Positions 8,401 through 16,481 of a stretch of DNA of 35,047 nucleotides are shown here, piece by piece (within the stretch, counting starts at the first letter, position 1; each line of letters starts with the position of its first letter). The stretch is from an uncultured bacterium (GTDB lineage: Bacteria > DAOPZR01), in the NCBI GenBank assembly GCA_964637655.1, contig CAZWUZ010000008.1, positions 1 to 35,047 of the forward strand, written 5' to 3'. Both the position numbers and the translations under genes were made by a program. The notes under the pieces are model-generated. The model saw nothing but the letters and a program-made list of their open reading frames with translations, was not told the origin of the DNA and did no database searches.

Positions 8401-11400
8401 CACCGGACTGACCGCCAACACCACCTACTACTTCCGTCTCATCGCGCAGTCGACGCTCTCCGGGCCGGGTGACGTGAGCAGCGCGGATGAAGTGAGCACG
8501 CTGACAACCGTCACGACGGAGGTCACGGTCAACTACCTGTATGACGGCGTGCGGTATGCCACCACCTACGACGGCAGCGCCATCCTGCGCGACGTCGGGA
8601 CGACCATCAACCTCCGCCTGGCGTCACCGCCGGCCAATGCCGGCTCGGTCATGGTCTGGTATGACGTCGGGGCCGACCCGGACGGCAGCGCCACCGGCAA
8701 CAGCAGCGACCGGGCCGCCTATGCCGCGGGCAACGGCGTCACGTGGGATGCGGTCATTCCCGGCAACGATGCGGAAATCAACGACGGGGCCGAAGTCAGG
8801 TTCCTCGTCCAGATTGACGGTATCCCCTATTTCAACAACGGCCTGCCGTGGAAGTACCGGGTGGATGGCGGCATCAGCGCCAGCTTCACCGACCTGACCG
8901 CGGCCGGGGTCGGGTACGGGCGCATCGAACTGCGCTGGACCCCGGTGACGAACGTTCCCGATTTCGGCCAGTACCGCATCTACTACACCGCCGGGAGCGA
9001 GACCATCAGCATTCTTTCGCCGTCGTGGGATGCGGTGGATGATGTGATGCTCGCGCACAGCGCCACCGGCGCGACCGTCGTCTCCGGCCTGCAACCCGGC
9101 GGCATCTATCGCTTCCGCATCGTCGCGGTCGACCAGTACGGCAACGAATCGGATTTTGCCACCTCGAACGAGGCGACGGGTACGGCACAGCACGGCACGG
9201 TGATCATCACCGAGTTCGCGCCCGCAGGGGACACGCTCAGCAGCGCGCTGCCGTGGGTGGAACTCTACTGCGTCGAGGGGACGCAGGCGATGAACGGGTG
9301 GAATCTTACCGACCTGAACGGCAATACCGTCCCGGTCGGCGCGGTGACCATGAGCGCCGGCGAGTACCGGGTGGTCTACCTGACCGACTCGACGTTTTTT
9401 GCCGGTGACGGGGTGCTGGCGCTCGACGCGGACATGGATACCACCAACGGTTCGTATGCCGACGCGGTGGTCTGGACCGACGGCAACGGGGCCTTCAGCG
9501 CCGCCGACGCGGCGGATGTGCGCGCGCTTGGTGCCGGCAACTGGGAGTACAGCGTTTCCTATGCCGCGGCCACCCCGTGGATCAGCGAGTACTTCTCCGT
9601 TCCGTACACCGCCGGCGGTTTTTATTCCCTGGTGCGCGCGGAAATCGATGTCTACCGCGACCAGAACACGCGCAGCGACTGGCGCCTGCAATACACCCCG
9701 AGCAAGGGGGGGAGCAACGGGGTCAGCACGGTCGCCCTGCAGTCGTTTACGGACGGCTACCGCAGCGCTTATCCCGACGGCTACACCTACTTCCAGGATA
9801 CCACGGCCACGGCGGTGTTCGGGTTCGGCACCGCGCCGGCCGACAGCACCAACGTCCGCCTGTATTATAATTACGATGTCGTACCGACGGGCGACCCGGC
9901 GGGCGCGGACTCCTGGGTACTGCTGGCACCGCAAAGCGACCTGCTCACCTGGGGCGGGAGTTTCCCGGGGACCGGCAATCCCGCGGCCAACAGCGGGAAA
10001 CGCGTCAATTTCATCATCGCCGCCGACGGGGTTCCCTATTACCGCGACAATGTGCCGGGCGTGGCGTGGAGCTACCGCCTTGACGGCAGCGCGCCGGGTG
10101 CGGTCGGCGGCTTCAGTGTCGAGGGGGTGACGCAAAGCGCGGCCATCACCGCGTGGTCGCCGCCCGCGGTCATCGATGATTTCGCCACCTACCGCGTCTA
10201 CTACGCGGTCGCCCCGGGCCCGGGAACCACGGCCGCGGCGTATGTCGACAAGGCCACGGTGAGCGAACTGCACTACCGGACGACAGCGGGCGCGGTCATC
10301 GGCGGCCTGACCGCGGGGCAGACGTACGTGCTCGCCATTGCCGCGGTTGATGAACGGGGCAATGTCGGCGCGCTGTCGGGGATGGATCCGGCGGCCATCC
10401 GGCCGACACTGAGCGTGACGGCGCGGACCGTGAGCGACACGGCCGGCAACCGCGTGAACGGTGGTTTTGCCGGCAGCGACCGCCTGCGCGGGACCGACCT
10501 GCAGGTCGAGGTCTGGTTCAGCGAGGCCCCGGCGGCGACCCCGGTGCTCTGGCGGGACGGGATGGCGGCACCCGACGGGCCGGGCGGGAGCGCCAACGAC
10601 CGTTCCGGAACGATGACTGCGGGCAGCGATGCCCGGCTGTGGACCGCCACCATCCCCTGCACGGACGCCTCGATCGTCAACGACACCACGCTGCAGCTGG
10701 TGTTCAGCGTCAATACCACGGTGGTGCGCAACGGCAGCGTGCCGTTCAAGGTGTCTATCGATACCACCGCGGCACCGCTCAGCGCGCCGGCCGGGTTCTC
10801 CGTGGTCGGCACGCTGGCGGGCGGGGCGACCCTGTCGTGGAACCCCATCGCGGCGGCGGCTGATTTTGCCTCGTATCGCGTCTACTATGGTGCGGCCCCC
10901 GGCCCGCTGAGTGCGGGCGCGGCGTATATCGATAAGGCCGCGTACGCCGCGCTCGGCACGGTGACCACCGGCGGTGTCACCGTCACCGGACTGAACTTCG
11001 GCGACACCTACGTGTTCGCGGCGGCGGCAGCGGACGCGCTCGGCAATATCACCGCGCTGTCGAACCTCGATACCGGGCTCACGCTGGTGTCGCAGACCGT
11101 GTCGTCGCTGCAGCTGTCTGATACCGCGGGCAATACCGTGACCGCGGCTTTCGACGGGTCGCAGGCGCTGCGCCGTGCCGATGTGCAGGTCAGCATCGTG
11201 CTGGCCGAGGACGCGGCGGATACCCCGGTGGTCTGGTTTGACGTCGGGGCGGTGCCGGACGGCCCGGGCGGGGCCAACGGCGCCGACCGCAGCGTGACCA
11301 TGACCCGCACCGGTGACGCGAAAAACTGGGCAGCGACCATCCCGTATACGGACGGGGAGATGGTCGACGGCGCCACCGTGCAGGTGATCATCTTCACCAG

Positions 11401-14400
11401 CGGCGCGGCGCTGACTGCCAGCGGGCAGCCGTGGAAGTACCGCGTTGACGGGCAGTCGGGACCGGCCCCGGTGCTGGTGAGCACTGCCGGCGACGCCAAT
11501 TCGACGACGGTTATCCTCTCCTGGACGCCGGTCAGCGGCACGGATTTCGGTGCCTACGTGGTCTACTACGCCCGCGCGGCGGCGGTGACGAAAGCCGACA
11601 GCCAGTGGACGCAGGCCAAGGACGCGAATCTGGCGGAAACGGGAACCAGCGGCACGTCGGTGCGCGGTCTGGCGGCGTCTGACACCTACACCTTTGCCGT
11701 GGCCTGGCGTGACCGCGTCGGCAACGAATCGGCACTGTCGAACGCGCTGTCGCGCCTGACCAACGCGATGGTGCCGGCGGACGACCCGGCCAGCGACGGA
11801 GTGAATATCGCCCACCGGCTCGACGGGACGGAAGCGCTGCGCGACACCGATATTACCGTCACCATGCTCCTCTCTTCGCCGCCGACGGCAGCCAACTCCG
11901 CGTGGATTTACTATGATGTCGGCGGCTATCCGGACGGGCCGGGCGGGAGCAACAGCGAGGAACGTCAGGTCGCGCTGATTGATTCGCCGGACAACGATCC
12001 GCATACCTGGACCGCGGTCATTCCCGGCAGCGACCCGGAAATCGCCGACGGGGCACTGGTGCGCTATGTCGGTGCGGCGGACGGGTTTATCCTGACCAAT
12101 GGCGGCAACCCGTACGCGTTCCGTATCGACAGCAGTGCGCCGCCGGCAGCCGGCAGCCCGGGTCTCATCGATAACAGCAGTTCGCTGCTCGTCACCTGGT
12201 CGGCAGTCAGTGCCGCCGATTTTGCGGAATACCGTGTCTACTACAGCACGTCATGGCCCGCCCGCGCGGGGCTGGTGCGCGGCAGGGCGGCGGATATGTC
12301 GCTGGGGAGTGCGGGCACCAGCGGCACGACGCTCTCCGGCATCGACCCGGCGCAGAACTACTATGTGAACATTGCCACGGTGGATGTGGTTGGCAATGAG
12401 CGGCTGCTGGCGGACGACCTGATCCTCTACCGGCAGGCACCGGGCGCGGCCGCGGCCATGGCCTATGCCGCCGGCACGGCTACCGGCAGCGGCGAGGTTT
12501 ACCCGGGCCAGGCATGGCCGGTGGCGGTGCGGGTTGCCGACGCGGCCGGGCTGCCGGTGCCGGGTGCAGCGGTGAACTTCGCGGTGCTTGCCGGTGACGG
12601 AACGTTGTCGACCTCGGCCGCGAGCACCGGACTTGACGGCGTGGCGCGGGTGCTACTGACTGCCGGCGCGCCGGCAGCGGCAACGGTGGTCCGCGCCACT
12701 TCCGGCGGTATGGCGCCGGTTGCTATCAGCGTGCTGGCTACGCAGCCGCCCCCGGTGGCGCTGCGCCTGCTTATGCCGGCGTCGGCCAGCACTGATGATA
12801 CGGTTGCGGTGACCGTCGAGGCGCTGGCGGCTGACGGGACGGTTGACGCCGGCTGGCAGGGCAACGTGACGCTTACGGCCGCGGAACATGGCGCGCATGC
12901 CGGCACGCTGCGCGGGACGTTGACGCGGACCCTGGCCTCCGGCCGCGGCACCTGGCTGCTGGGCAACAGCGAGGCGGAGGCGGTGACGCTGACCGCGACG
13001 AGTGCGACGCTGACCCCGGTGAGCATCGCGGCAGCGCTGCCGTTCACGGCGGGCGCGCCGGCGCAGCTGCGCCTGACTGCGCCCGCCACGGCGGTTGCCG
13101 GCAGTGCCGCGGCCGTGAGTGCGACGGTGCATGATGCCGGCGGCAATCCCTGCCTGACGGATGGCACGACGGCAGTGACGGTGACCGCCGGCGGCAACGC
13201 GTACGTGTCGCTGGCCGGGCCGCAGCGCGTCACCGGCGGCGCGCTGGCGCTTACCGTGCATGATCTGACCGCGGAAACGGTGACGGTGCAGGCCGCGGCG
13301 GCCGGCCTGCCGGCGGCGGCGGCGCACCTGACATTCATCCCGGCGGCGGCGGTCAAGGCGGTGGCCACACCGTGGCTCAGTGTGCCGGCCGGCGAAACCG
13401 CTCCCGTGACCGTGGACATACGCGACGCGTACGGCAACCGCGTGACCGGTGATGCCGGGCGTGCGGTCGGCCTGCAGCTGAGCGGCACGGCGCAGGTGTT
13501 GAGCAGCACGCTGACCGCGGCCGGGCAGGCCCGGTTTGTCATAACCGATACGTACGCCGGTGATATTACCCTGACGCCATCGTCGGCCGGTCTGACGGCG
13601 GTCGGCGGCACAGCGCACTTCTACGCCGGTACCGACACGCTGAGCGCGGCCACGGCCCTGGCCTTTGACGCCGCTGCCTACACTGCCACCGCCGGCAGTG
13701 CGCGGCAGGTGACGGTGCGGGTGCTGGATGCGCGCGGGCAGACGGAGGCCGCGGATAACGGGCGGAGCATCACGCTGACGACGGCGGGTGCTGCGCAGGC
13801 CGCGGCTGCGGTCGTGGCGACCGTCGACGGCCTGGCGGTGTTCACGGTGACTGACACCGTGGCGGAGAGCGTGCTGCTCACGGCCACGGCGGCGGGACTG
13901 CGCAGCGGCACGGCGACACTGGCAGTGGCGCCGGCGGCAGCGGCGGCAGTGCGCGCGACCGCGCCGGCGAATGTCGACTGCAACGCGGTCGCCGCGCTGG
14001 CGCTGGCGCTGACCGACGCGCACGGCAATGTTGTCAGCGCGGATAACAGTTCGCTGGCTGACCTGGGGGCGGCGCGCGGCACGGTCGGCAATGCCGGACC
14101 GCTCACCGCCGGGCAGCGGACACTGACCATCACGACGCCGCAGGCGGGTCCGCTCGCGGTCGTGCCGCGTATCGGCGCGCTGGCCGGCGAGACGCTGACC
14201 ATCAACGTGCTGAGCGGCGCCCCGGTGCGCCTCGCCGCGCTGGCGGCGGACACGGCGCTGCTCAACGCGGCGAGCCCGCTGGTGCTCGAAGTGCAGGATG
14301 CGGGGGGCAACCGCGTGGCGACGGACAACGGGCGGCAGGTGATGCTGCTGCTCGGCGGTAATGCGACCTCGCCGGCACAGGCGGGGGCCTACACGGTTGA

Positions 14401-16081
14401 CGGGCGCATTACCACCACCATTACCGGACTGGGCGCGGGTGACATCACGGTCTACCCGATGGCCACCGGCCTGAGCACCCTGAGCGATACGCTGCGCGTG
14501 GTGGCGCCGCCACCGGCGCCGGCGGCCGCGCGGGTCGTGGCGCTGTGCGGCGCGGGGGTGATCTCCATCGACGATACCGCCAGCGTGCGCGTCGAGGTGC
14601 GGGCGGCGGATGGCACGCTGCTGATGACTGATACGACGACGGTGGTGCGGCTTGCCGCACCCGCCGGGGTCAGGGTGGTGCCGGCAGAGCAGGTGGTGAG
14701 CGGCGGCAGTGCGACCTTCGCGGTCGGCACGGACAATGTGGGCAGCATCACGCTCACGCCGGCGGCGGGTGCGCTGGCGACGACGGGTGCCACGCTCGAG
14801 GTGCGCGCCGGTGTGCCGGTGGCGGTGCGTCTGGCGGGCCCGGCCACGGCTGTTGCCGGCGGCGGCGCGGCGGCACTGGCCGTCAGGATTGAAGACCGCG
14901 CCGGTAATGTCTGCGACGGGGCCTGGACGGTGGCGCTGGCGGCCACGGGCAGCGCGACCGTGCCGGCGACGGTCACCACCGCGGCCGGACTGGCCATCGT
15001 GGCGGTGCAGGACGCGGTGGCGGAAACAGTGACGGTGACGGCGACGGCGGCGGGGATGAGCGGCGGCAGCAGCAGCGTGCAGTTTGTGCCGGCGACCCCG
15101 CAGCAGCTGACGCTGACGGCGCCGGCCACCGCCGCGTACGGCAGCACGGTACCGGTGAGTGTGACGGTGCGCGACGGGGCCGGCAATCCCGTTGCGGTGA
15201 CCGGCAGCGTGACGCTGACAGTTGACGCCGGCAGCGTGACCCCGGCGACGCTGGCGTTGAGCGGGGCGACGGCGACGGGGAGTGTGCAGTTTACGCGGAC
15301 CGGCGTGCTGCACCTGCGCGCGGTGTGGAACACGCTCACCGCGACGGCGGCGGTGCAGGTGCTGGTGCCGCCGCAGACGGCGGCAACCATCGCGGCGGCG
15401 GCACAGGTCACGGTGAAACTGCCGGCCGGGGTCATCGGCGATTCCTGCGTGCTCGACGTGCGCACGGGGGCTGACGCGGCGGCAGGCCTGTCGCTCGGCG
15501 GCATTGTCGGTGAACCGGTCGAATTATTCCTCTATGACGCAGCCGGCGACACGGTAACGGCTGACTTCGCCGCGCTGGTGACGGTGGAAGTTGCCTATGC
15601 CGATGCCGACCAGAACGGGATGGTCGACGGCACGAACATCGCCGAGCAGACCCTGCAACTCTGCCGCTGGGAGAACGGGGCCTGGGTGGTGGTGCAGGAC
15701 GGCGGGCGTAATGCCGCCGATCCGGTGCGCAATGTCGTGGTTGCTGACCTCAAACATTTCTCGCAGTATGCCATCCGCGTGTCGGCGGATACAGGCGCGC
15801 CGGGGGGCGAAATCATCGCCTACCCGAATCCGTGGAAATCGACCTACGCCAGCGAGCGCATCGTCTGGGCCAACGTGCCGACGGGCGTGCCGGTGCGCCT
15901 GGAAATCTACACCATCGGCGGCGAGAAGGTCATCGACGGCGAACTGACGCTCGGGGCGAATCAGCGCATGGAGTGGGACCTGCGCAACCGCGGCGGCGGT
16001 ATGGTGGCCAGCGGCATCTACATCTACCGCATCAGCGGCGGCGGGGTGGAGAAGATCGGCAAGATTGCGGTTATCAGGTAG
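5447..16081 (+). CDS. Giant secreted protein, 3544 aa: PLD-superfamily (two HKD) nuclease/phospholipase head, lamin-tail, FN3 and Ig-like repeats, ZU5-like domain, T9SS-type C-terminal sorting-like domain
   Basis: GTG start overlapping the upstream stop (GTGA); signal peptide MKKLLLAGLLLLWASASVA; HNKFIVLD...TGSTN (5789) and HNKLYIVD...TGSMN (6266); lamin-tail-like IVFNEFMYNP...EYVELYN and VIITEFAP...WVELY; about 7 FN3-like units (W.P...DF..YRVYY...GL...Y.F...A.D..GN); C-terminus YPNP...IYTIGGEKV...WDLRN...VASGIYIY...KIAVIR. Confidence 0.93.
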   Translation: MKKLLLAGLLLLWASASVAAPWWEVHFTEQRSNSSSAYEQEIYDFIMQANSSVWVTSYTWGNSSHNKLMLALNELYARGLDIRLVGDNTSAFNSYMDDYEKRTDAAAADAANLHHNKFIVLDYNTANARVMTGSTNWTDPAYATQNNDILAINDRNVANAYGREFLELWTGNFRSGPTDVKDYTVSGHAVNLYFAPEDDPGNTYLSNLLRNAEHCIFFLSFNHQLTDLMNRAIELKNRGGIVEGAYESIYGSMFNGYMAAGIDIRQDGNTDHLHNKLYIVDLETVATGSMNHSNTSSTSTDENELFIHDFRLAREYMKHFHFCYDQASPQVATPTHEDNAPAIVTNLGAVDTPNDTGQSITVSWTGVNDADLAGYYVYISTSAIGSVENLIPEKFVQGATSTTLTTYNQDDPISNNTDYYVAVASVDWHGNENYSCPTTGPVQATGVITGARPSGTIDFSDSTSHIAGEASTLVAVIHNDTAAVSAIATLTISFGSASAGLSFTPVAAGSQTPPAGWTVVAVTDTTITYSALQAGNRIAADGSETFTIAVTNPVTAGTSNAITLDVVAANSEVAAGVTLSSGLVTIAPSAVPLFTLAWGAGSSQRGGKNATLAVGMHNEAGAGTSIREVTFSFGAGNGAFTARGSDVQVAPAGWMASGSGNTLTFTASDTAYYLAAGDTLTLSLAVINPGISRASDVITATTTDRNGLQVPGVTVGSLTVQATDGIVFNEFMYNPVGSDVLFEYVELYNRTPVTVELGGWQMSAGGAVTTIPAGTTLAAYKFIVIASTLSRGTAGDEFYESYSSRYGNGDGIWIVDPTTPGEDYQVIDGTDFDLNDDADFLTLTSADATFTTTVRYNDALNEWGGADGTGASLEKIDPSIDDVGIVELDGPNWGAQQMTSTYPDGTPGVTNSIAVSQVPPVTGLSVRSVTENSVTLAWSPLTEFATFAGYHVYYATASPVTAGALVWNAVQDPNLALMATGRTTVTGLTANTTYYFRLIAQSTLSGPGDVSSADEVSTLTTVTTEVTVNYLYDGVRYATTYDGSAILRDVGTTINLRLASPPANAGSVMVWYDVGADPDGSATGNSSDRAAYAAGNGVTWDAVIPGNDAEINDGAEVRFLVQIDGIPYFNNGLPWKYRVDGGISASFTDLTAAGVGYGRIELRWTPVTNVPDFGQYRIYYTAGSETISILSPSWDAVDDVMLAHSATGATVVSGLQPGGIYRFRIVAVDQYGNESDFATSNEATGTAQHGTVIITEFAPAGDTLSSALPWVELYCVEGTQAMNGWNLTDLNGNTVPVGAVTMSAGEYRVVYLTDSTFFAGDGVLALDADMDTTNGSYADAVVWTDGNGAFSAADAADVRALGAGNWEYSVSYAAATPWISEYFSVPYTAGGFYSLVRAEIDVYRDQNTRSDWRLQYTPSKGGSNGVSTVALQSFTDGYRSAYPDGYTYFQDTTATAVFGFGTAPADSTNVRLYYNYDVVPTGDPAGADSWVLLAPQSDLLTWGGSFPGTGNPAANSGKRVNFIIAADGVPYYRDNVPGVAWSYRLDGSAPGAVGGFSVEGVTQSAAITAWSPPAVIDDFATYRVYYAVAPGPGTTAAAYVDKATVSELHYRTTAGAVIGGLTAGQTYVLAIAAVDERGNVGALSGMDPAAIRPTLSVTARTVSDTAGNRVNGGFAGSDRLRGTDLQVEVWFSEAPAATPVLWRDGMAAPDGPGGSANDRSGTMTAGSDARLWTATIPCTDASIVNDTTLQLVFSVNTTVVRNGSVPFKVSIDTTAAPLSAPAGFSVVGTLAGGATLSWNPIAAAADFASYRVYYGAAPGPLSAGAAYIDKAAYAALGTVTTGGVTVTGLNFGDTYVFAAAAADALGNITALSNLDTGLTLVSQTVSSLQLSDTAGNTVTAAFDGSQALRRADVQVSIVLAEDAADTPVVWFDVGAVPDGPGGANGADRSVTMTRTGDAKNWAATIPYTDGEMVDGATVQVIIFTSGAALTASGQPWKYRVDGQSGPAPVLVSTAGDANSTTVILSWTPVSGTDFGAYVVYYARAAAVTKADSQWTQAKDANLAETGTSGTSVRGLAASDTYTFAVAWRDRVGNESALSNALSRLTNAMVPADDPASDGVNIAHRLDGTEALRDTDITVTMLLSSPPTAANSAWIYYDVGGYPDGPGGSNSEERQVALIDSPDNDPHTWTAVIPGSDPEIADGALVRYVGAADGFILTNGGNPYAFRIDSSAPPAAGSPGLIDNSSSLLVTWSAVSAADFAEYRVYYSTSWPARAGLVRGRAADMSLGSAGTSGTTLSGIDPAQNYYVNIATVDVVGNERLLADDLILYRQAPGAAAAMAYAAGTATGSGEVYPGQAWPVAVRVADAAGLPVPGAAVNFAVLAGDGTLSTSAASTGLDGVARVLLTAGAPAAATVVRATSGGMAPVAISVLATQPPPVALRLLMPASASTDDTVAVTVEALAADGTVDAGWQGNVTLTAAEHGAHAGTLRGTLTRTLASGRGTWLLGNSEAEAVTLTATSATLTPVSIAAALPFTAGAPAQLRLTAPATAVAGSAAAVSATVHDAGGNPCLTDGTTAVTVTAGGNAYVSLAGPQRVTGGALALTVHDLTAETVTVQAAAAGLPAAAAHLTFIPAAAVKAVATPWLSVPAGETAPVTVDIRDAYGNRVTGDAGRAVGLQLSGTAQVLSSTLTAAGQARFVITDTYAGDITLTPSSAGLTAVGGTAHFYAGTDTLSAATALAFDAAAYTATAGSARQVTVRVLDARGQTEAADNGRSITLTTAGAAQAAAAVVATVDGLAVFTVTDTVAESVLLTATAAGLRSGTATLAVAPAAAAAVRATAPANVDCNAVAALALALTDAHGNVVSADNSSLADLGAARGTVGNAGPLTAGQRTLTITTPQAGPLAVVPRIGALAGETLTINVLSGAPVRLAALAADTALLNAASPLVLEVQDAGGNRVATDNGRQVMLLLGGNATSPAQAGAYTVDGRITTTITGLGAGDITVYPMATGLSTLSDTLRVVAPPPAPAAARVVALCGAGVISIDDTASVRVEVRAADGTLLMTDTTTVVRLAAPAGVRVVPAEQVVSGGSATFAVGTDNVGSITLTPAAGALATTGATLEVRAGVPVAVRLAGPATAVAGGGAAALAVRIEDRAGNVCDGAWTVALAATGSATVPATVTTAAGLAIVAVQDAVAETVTVTATAAGMSGGSSSVQFVPATPQQLTLTAPATAAYGSTVPVSVTVRDGAGNPVAVTGSVTLTVDAGSVTPATLALSGATATGSVQFTRTGVLHLRAVWNTLTATAAVQVLVPPQTAATIAAAAQVTVKLPAGVIGDSCVLDVRTGADAAAGLSLGGIVGEPVELFLYDAAGDTVTADFAALVTVEVAYADADQNGMVDGTNIAEQTLQLCRWENGAWVVVQDGGRNAADPVRNVVVADLKHFSQYAIRVSADTGAPGGEIIAYPNPWKSTYASERIVWANVPTGVPVRLEIYTIGGEKVIDGELTLGANQRMEWDLRNRGGGMVASGIYIYRISGGGVEKIGKIAVIR
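8516..12420 (+). repeat. Five copies of an ~120-aa module, each followed by an FN3-like domain (protein-level repeat)
   Basis: Recurring motifs DG...LR.., W(Y/F)DVG..PDG(PGG), W.A.IP..D.EI.DG and PW.YR(V/I)D at approximately 8516, 9725, 10410, 11090 and 11785. Confidence 0.8.
12440..15400 (+). repeat. Ala/Thr/Val-rich tandem Ig-like (Big_1/invasin-like) repeats, roughly 10 units of ~100 aa
   Basis: Recurring V.V.DA.GN.V..D...V.L...G.A and D.VAE.V.VTA.AAG patterns. Confidence 0.7.
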
Positions 16082-16090
16082 CCGCGGCAG

Positions 16091-16119
16091 TTGACAATTG
16101 CCATCGGTTGTGATATAAG
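16091..16119 (+). promoter_or_regulatory. Sigma-70-type promoter for tRNA-Asp
   Basis: TTGACA at 16091-16096, 17-nt spacer, TATAAG at 16114-16119 with an extended -10 TG at 16111-16112; about 40 nt upstream of the tRNA. Confidence 0.8.
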
Positions 16120-16157
16120 ATTCACGCTTTCGGGAAACTGAAGAGCGGCAGCACAAT

Positions 16158-16234
16158 GGGGGCGTGGTGCAGTGGTTTAGCACGTCGGCCTGTCAAGCCG
16201 AAGGTCGCGGGTTCAAATCCCGTCGTCCCCGCCA
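16158..16234 (+). tRNA. tRNA-Asp (anticodon GTC)
   Basis: Full cloverleaf: acceptor GGGGGCG/CGTCCCC, D stem GTGC/GCAC, anticodon stem TCGGC/GCCGA with loop CTGTCAA (GTC at 16192-16194), T arm GCGGG-TTCAAAT-CCCGT, discriminator G and encoded CCA. Confidence 0.97.
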
Positions 16235-16249
16235 TTTTTTTGTATCGGT

Positions 16250-16265
16250 TGCCGGAAATCCGGCA
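16250..16265. promoter_or_regulatory. Inverted repeat TGCCGG-AAAT-CCGGCA: candidate upstream activator sequence, or a weak terminator hairpin for the tRNA transcript
   Basis: GC-rich inverted repeat at the start of an AT-rich spacer, about 140 bp upstream of a -24/-12 motif. No clean U-tract follows it directly. Confidence 0.45.
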
Positions 16266-16403
16266 GTATGTTCTTGTGCTTTTCAATATAGGGGATTGTG
16301 TGAAGTTTTTTTTTGCGAATATATTCCACTAACAATCGTTTATCGCTATAAAAAATAATAAAATATGCAAAAAAATATCACTGAAAATACATGAATTAGC
16401 AAG

Positions 16404-16419
16404 AGGTATGTTTTTTGCT
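16404..16419 (+). promoter_or_regulatory. Candidate sigma-54 (-24/-12) promoter for the 5976-aa gene
   Basis: AGGTATGTTTTTTGCT, with GG at 16405-16406, N10, GC at 16417-16418 and a TTGCT -12 box; about 60 nt upstream of ATG 16482, which has SD GAGGAG at 16469-16474. Confidence 0.5.
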
Positions 16420-16481
16420 AACATACATCTATATTGGTATCTGCAAATACCATTAGCTGATTTTGGCTGAGGAGAAGCATT

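Noticed and set aside
10570-11960. Short DNA direct repeats such as GACGGGCCGGGCGGGAGC
   Set aside because: Explained by the protein repeat (DGPGGS); not CRISPR-spaced, and there is no reverse transcriptase to suggest a DGR.
8624-15313. Long minus-strand ORFs of 1126 and 886 aa
   Set aside because: Arg/Gly-rich shadows expected opposite a GC-biased gene with clear domain content.
16164-16358. 64-aa ORF
   Set aside because: Overlaps the tRNA-Asp and the AT-rich regulatory spacer.
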